A stretch of DNA of 64,000 nucleotides from Lytechinus pictus (lineage: Eukaryota), in NCBI RefSeq assembly GCF_037042905.1, contig NC_087245.1, positions 3,660,001 through 3,724,000 on the forward strand, read 5' to 3'. Shown here in pieces: positions 58,501 through 64,000 of this stretch. Every line of letters begins with the position of its first letter. The stretch's first letter is position 1. The notes beneath the pieces were generated by a model. The model worked only from the letters and a program-made list of their open reading frames with translations. It did not search any database and was not told the DNA's origin. A program made the position numbers and the translations under genes.

Positions 58501-61500
58501 GAAATTCATAATAATCGATATATGGCCTATCGAGACTATCGCTGCATGCACGTTTTGGTCAATAGAATTGTTCTTTCAAATTAGCAATTAATCGCTAACC
58601 TTTGTAATGGAGCCCTGGTCTATTCAATCTATTGCCAAGATGGTTTAATTTCTATTTCATCTGCCAAAGATGCTATACTTGGTGGAATTCTATACTTGCT
58701 CATAAAGTCATACAGACCAGGTGGTGTTACACAAAGTAGATATAAGATGAAATCAGTAAGACCTAACAGTAAATTAGATGAAATGGTAAATGGGTTAAAT
58801 GACGATTTAACAAAGTAATTACTAGACAAACTATGATTAGACCAAATGGGTCGAGATGAGACCAAATGGATAGTGGTCAAAGTGGGAGCAGACCAAGGGT
58901 AATATAGACTACCTACCGCTAGTTGTGGACTTATCATCTCGCTTCAATCCTTGCACGATTCCAGTGTATGCTTCTAGACATCCTTCTCTCAGGTCATTCT
59001 GATAATCAATCATGTCAAAGTCCGTCTGTTTGGAGGAAAATTGACACATTTAATTGCAAACATCAACAAAATAATTGAAGTTCCAATTATGAGTTCCATT
59101 ACATAAACAATGCACCTCAAAATCAGATTGATGATTTAGGAGAAGAGTAAAATGACATCTAATAACTGAGCTAATTATATCATTAGCCCACTCTTTCTTT
59201 CGAATTTTATCAAAATATGGACAATTTCATAATATAATCAACCTTTTTGTACATACGTCCCATCCCTATTTTTACCTGTACTCATACAGAGCTTCCTACT
59301 AATAAATAGCTTTCAAGTGTTGCAATAACAAATGTAAATCTTAGGCTCCTGGAATTTTAAACTCACCTTTTCTATTTCAGCAGAAGATGCCTGTTGAAGG
59401 GTGACGAGTACCACTGGAAGATAATGTAGGAAATCATTTCCTATGGCTAGGGCTATATCACCAAAGACAGATAGGATCTGAGGCTTTACAGTTCTATGTA
59501 CAAAGTCATTCTGTATACAGGGGAATAAGATAAAAGGGCTTATGTTTTATCACCATTTAATGAAAACAACTGTTAATGATAATTTTTATAAGCTCTAAAA
59601 AGAACTTTCAGTTTGTACATTTGAGACAACTTCTATCCCAATATCACCAATACACATTTGTAAGCAAAATATCATCATTTCACGTATTGTGAGCCATGGA
59701 ATAGGGAAAAACAAAAATCAACTTTTTCAGAAATAATAACAATAATAAATATTTGAAAACATTTAAATAGCTCTTAACACAAAGTTTTTAATCACTTGCA
59801 TAGTATTACCCAGATTTTAGCATGGCTACCCTGACTGGGCGCTTGGGCATAAAGAACTAATACATTTGGGCACCTACCTGAATGTTCTCAAGAAGTAATG
59901 TCATAATCTGAGTACAGTATGGATGAACCTCTTTGTTGAGTGCTCTACAGATATCGCCTACTAATCCCACAGCAGCCAAACACACCTGGTATTCTTCATA
60001 GTTCTTCAAACCAATGTATAGGAATGGTGAAAAGAGCTCCATGTACTTCAGAAAGTCCATACCAATGACTGCAAAATGGCAACAAAATTATTGGTATTAC
60101 TTCACAAAGTCCAGACATATCGATCGCAGCCTGAAAACCGTTTATTTCAAATTTACCCTTCTTAAAAAATAATTTGTTTCATTTATACTTTCTGGGTATT
60201 ACATAACATGGCCCAGCCATCTTACTTTCCATTTACTTTCTTTTCTCATTCTCCTTTTCTTTTTCTTTTATCCCTATTATCCCCCTCCTTGAATCAATTG
60301 AACACAAATGTCACAGTCCCATTTCCCAATAACACATAGCATAACAGTTTTCTGAAACAAGTACCTGATAACAATGTCTACCTGCTTATAGAGTCTTACC
60401 CTCAACAAGAGTACCAACAGCAAGTAAAGCATCCTCTTGAACTCCTCCTGTGCCCCTTGTATTATCAAACATCTGGAGCAGAGCATTCATCACATTGTCA
60501 GAAATATTGATTGCATCTTCTGGCTTCATTTTCCGAAGAACACTCTATAAGCGGATCAGAAAAAAGAAACAATACTTTTAGGAAACGACTACCAGTTATG
60601 TCAAGACCAGTAGGTCAAAGTTACAAGATGGCATGATGACAGAGTACCACTGACTATATTCAGTTAAGATCTGAAGAAATGACCAACACACACAAAAAAC
60701 AGTCTTGAGAAACTTCTAATAAATTTATGAATTAATCAATCTTGAATTCTACAAATAATTTGACAGATGCTCTTTTAAGGAAACCCTGCAAGTCTCATTT
60801 CATACAATATCTAACATGACCCATTTGTCTTTTATCTTTGATAAATGACAAACATCACAATGTGCCTGAGGCAACTCAATCTACTTCCCTTTTTTCACTC
60901 AAATCTCCAATTGAAGGCAGAATGCTTTACAAAAACACTTTTAATTTCAGTCACTCAATGACTAAGTAGAAGGTTGTTGCTAACCTGTAGTGTAGCACAA
61001 AGTAGACTCTGAAGATCATTGTACTGTGTTCTATCTGAAGCAGTTACAACATGCGACTGTAAACAAAGATCAAGATTCATCATGTTAATCAATGTGCATT
61101 CAATGTAGATACACCAACATTTCAAACAGTATTGCAGTGCAATGAAGCTCTATGCCCCCCCCCCCCCAAAAAAAAAAAAAAGAGGAGAAACCAGCAATAT
61201 TTGGACCCCCAAAATACAAAAGAACAATGTTGCAAAACATTAACTAGCATTTCTGAATACTTATCGTGTACAACAAAATGTAGTTTTGAAAGTTCTGAAT
61301 TTGGAATACAAGCAGGAATATTAAAATGTATAAATGGTTTGACTATAATATCTATTTCAAAAGAGATTATTCACCTATTTGATTTCATAGTTATTCTACC
61401 TAATGATAATGTTTCCATACACTTATTATAAAAAAATTAATAAAATACTGCAAATCCTGAACATAGATATTAGTTGCAATGTCGGTTGATCCTTAGGAAG

Positions 61501-61886
61501 CATTTGTATCATCGAATATAACCTTGACTGCTCTAGTCACAGAGATTTCATTGTTGGATCCAGAGAGGAAGTAAACTATTCTATTCATCTCTTGCTAATG
61601 AATCAAAATACTGGATACCGCTAAGGTTGGTAATTCCATTAAGTTCAGGTTTTAATTCCAATATTTTCCAACACAAAGAAAATCTTAAAAGTAAACCAAA
61701 AATAAAAGAAAATAAAAAAGAATGACTGTTTGACCCACCTCCATCTGTAGAATGAGATGTATCCTACGCAGGATGAGGTTTGTGGTATCCAAGACAAAGC
61801 GATAACAATCTGTAGCTGAATTCTTCACCATCTCCATCAAGGCTTCGTAAGCTGCGCTCCTCAAATTGGCTTGATGGGCGTCAACC
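55372..61886 (-). CDS. KPNB1: Importin subunit beta-1 (karyopherin beta 1), C-terminal HEAT repeats; 5' exons lie beyond the window
   Basis: 8 phase-consistent GT-AG exons translating to [114 protein letters not shown]. Confidence 0.97.
56143..56905. mobile_element. piggyBac-like MITE (same family as 33822-34513)
   Basis: TTAA-CCCTAAAATGGCCGGG ... CCCGGCCTAGTTAGGG-TTAG; shared aatacataagaaattgat, cataaattagcataat, cggccgagatct. Confidence 0.8.
57346..57460 (-). CDS. KPNB1: KPNB1 exon
   Basis: [39 protein letters not shown]. Confidence 0.93.
58917..59025 (-). CDS. KPNB1: KPNB1 exon
   Basis: [36 protein letters not shown]. Confidence 0.93.
59367..59510 (-). CDS. KPNB1: KPNB1 exon
   Basis: [48 protein letters not shown]. 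Confidence 0.94.
59878..60068 (-). CDS. KPNB1: KPNB1 exon
   Basis: [64 protein letters not shown]. Confidence 0.94.
60400..60544 (-). CDS. KPNB1: KPNB1 exon
   Basis: [48 protein letters not shown]. Confidence 0.93.
60985..61056 (-). CDS. KPNB1: KPNB1 exon
   Basis: [24 protein letters not shown]. Confidence 0.93.
61739..61886 (-). CDS. KPNB1: KPNB1 exon
   Basis: [49 protein letters not shown]. Confidence 0.93.
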
Positions 61887-62614
61887 CTGCAAGACAAAAT
61901 CGAAACCCCTTGGTTTGGTGCAATTCTCAGACGATATAGCAATATAAAAAACAAACTTGACTAAAACCTATTCGGTCTAATACAGTTCAGCATATGAAAT
62001 ACATGAGGCCAATTTTGCCCTGACAACCCAAATCGTCCCTAAAATTTCCCCACAATGCACGCTGTGGGGCAACCATTTTTTTCTAGTTATCCCAAGATCG
62101 GTTATAAACAATATTCAAGATTATTTACAACATCAATACTCTAATTATGGAAAAATAATTATATTTGCTTTTACTGCATAGTTGCTTGTTACCTCTAAAA
62201 AGTATCACTTAAAATGATATAAGCAACCCCCCCCCCAATTCTGCAATTGCTTGAATGTGGGGGAAAATATAGCCCCTAAAAAATAAGAATGATTTCCTAC
62301 CCTGATCTAATAGCAATCTGGTTCACTGCTATTAGTTGCAATCATCACCAAAGGCCTGTAACACAAAGCTGTAATGATTGATCGCACAGTTGATTTGTAT
62401 GTTTGATTGCATATAATAATCAATGTAATAAAGCATATGAATCAGCCCTACTATCAATCGCATAGCTTTATGTAACAGGCCCTGATCTTACACCCATCCA
62501 AGCTCCATCTTACAATCGATCTGATCAATAAAAACTATGGAAAGGCAGCACAAGCAATGTCTTGAATGAATAGATCCGTTCAAAATTGCTGTCCAACTAT
62601 AATTTATACTCATA

Positions 62615-63784
62615 GGCTCGTATTCTGAAGTCAGGTTTAACTTAGACCATGGTCTAACTCTGTGCTAAAATTATGGGAAGCCAAAAATGTCAAAATTTTT
62701 ATTAATTGTATGTTTATGTTTATTGTGCTCTTTCCTGAATCATCGAAGGTAAAGACAATCTATTTATACTTCCTAGACAATTATGAATGATTTGAGAGCC
62801 AAATGAGCTGAAATATGATATCTCTACTGTTAGTGATTTATGTAACAATTGGCTATCCATTCTTACACAACTTTAAACCTGAGTTTAAAGACCCTGACCG
62901 GTGTAAAAACAATCATATATCAAAATAAAGGTAATGATTCATACAATACGAATATACCAAAAATATTACATATATCTCCTTCCAATAGTTAAAAATGTTA
63001 AATAAAAATCAAAGACACTGCTCCTCCAAAGTACGCTTCGATTGAGCACCCCCACGTTGCCTGGAAATGATGACGTCACGTTGTGTCAGGAGGGTTGTGA
63101 TTCCATAGGTTTGTGTACAAAAGCATTGGGTATTTTCTTCCGTTTCCATGTTATGAATCCATTTTTTTTTCGTTTTCAGATGAAAATGGCACTCAAAATT
63201 ATTCACTGTTCAAATTGTTGTAAACCTATAACTATTCACTACCTTTTTTGTGATTTCTTTGTTTGGCTCTTATTGGGCCTAAATTGCTATGTCAGGAAAA
63301 GTTGTTATACATAATCTAAATGCAGATAGAATTGAAATCTGCGCCAAATAAGCAGGAAATAAAATATGGCAAAAACTAGTTCAAAACTGCAGATTTCATA
63401 AATTCAAGCTTGTGGGTAAAAATATATGTGATATCCCTCTGTGATAGAAGTGAAGAGAATGAAATGCGTTATCTAGAAAGCAAAAAAATCACCCAGTTTT
63501 TCTGTGTACAAACCTATGGAATCACGACGCTTCTTACACAACGTGACGTCACGGTCTCGAGGCAGGTGAAAAGCACAATAAAGCCTATTTTTTAAGCGGG
63601 GTTCGAAACCCGATAATTGGAATATTCTTAAGCAAAATACTCAGCTGGGAAGCGGTGAAAATGCATAAAGCATACCTTGGTGTATTTAGTAGCTTATAAG
63701 CTTTCGATTGGTATATAATTTATCAATTTCATTTTCGGGTCCGGTCTGGATCTTTAAGTTAAACCCGACTTCAAACTACAGGCC
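62615..63784. mobile_element. Harbinger-like MITE (host of a nested insertion)
   Basis: ggc..gta.t.tgaagtc.ggtttaactt / aagttaaacccgacttcaaactacaggcc; ATA on both flanks. Confidence 0.75.
62889..63753. mobile_element. Kolobok-like non-autonomous element nested in the previous MITE
   Basis: TTAA-AGACCCTGACCGG ... CCGGTCTGGATCT-TTAA; long internal inverted repeat (about 63071-63138 vs 63485-63552). Confidence 0.75.
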
Positions 63785-64000
63785 ATAGGAACATTGTGTA
63801 AATTTTCTGAAAAAATAATGATGGCATTGATGGCTTTCCATAGTTGAGATAGATTGAATCAATCGTAACTACTTATAAGACAGGGCCCTGGGATTCTCTA
63901 ATGAACAAATTGTCTTTTTACCACATTATATAAACATCAAAGTCATTATGACCTTGTGGATATGAACTCTCTAGATGTAATTTGAGAAGATAAGACTGAT

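Noticed and set aside
63009..63595. Two similar ORFs on opposite strands (..QTYGITTLLTQRDV..)
   Set aside because: They reflect the internal inverted repeat of the Kolobok-like element, not duplicated genes.
61887..64000. Next upstream KPNB1 exon
   Set aside because: No matching coding sequence found; the intron appears to extend past the window.

Overview
AT-rich, intron-rich animal genomic DNA, not prokaryotic; the repeat families look like those of sea urchins or other marine invertebrates, which is an inference. It holds two convergent genes, both missing their 5' ends. (1) On the + strand is a multiplexin (collagen XV/XVIII-type) gene. I traced 35 phase-consistent GT-AG exons from 10481 to the TAA at 43161 (about 1,300 codons), plus one tentative upstream exon. 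They encode Ser-Gly/Pro-Thr-rich sequence, an interrupted Gly-X-Y helix, a trimerization domain, a hinge and an endostatin/restin domain. (2) On the - strand are the last 8 coding exons of importin beta-1 (KPNB1), 61886 down to the TGA at 55372. Introns and the intergenic region are dense with non-autonomous mobile DNA: Helentron-type HINEs, Harbinger-, hAT-, piggyBac-, Kolobok- and Tc1-like MITEs (several nested), LINE 3' fragments, SINEs, two 50-bp minisatellites and a 1.15-kb tandem duplication. The most interesting signals are two intronic inverted repeats carrying Penelope-type minimal hammerhead ribozyme motifs, one locked by a perfect 47-bp hairpin. Also notable are a TIR element enclosing a hairpin-unit satellite and an endostatin domain lacking the Zn and heparin residues of vertebrate collagen XVIII. 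I found no wholly new multi-gene system, and no database searches were run.
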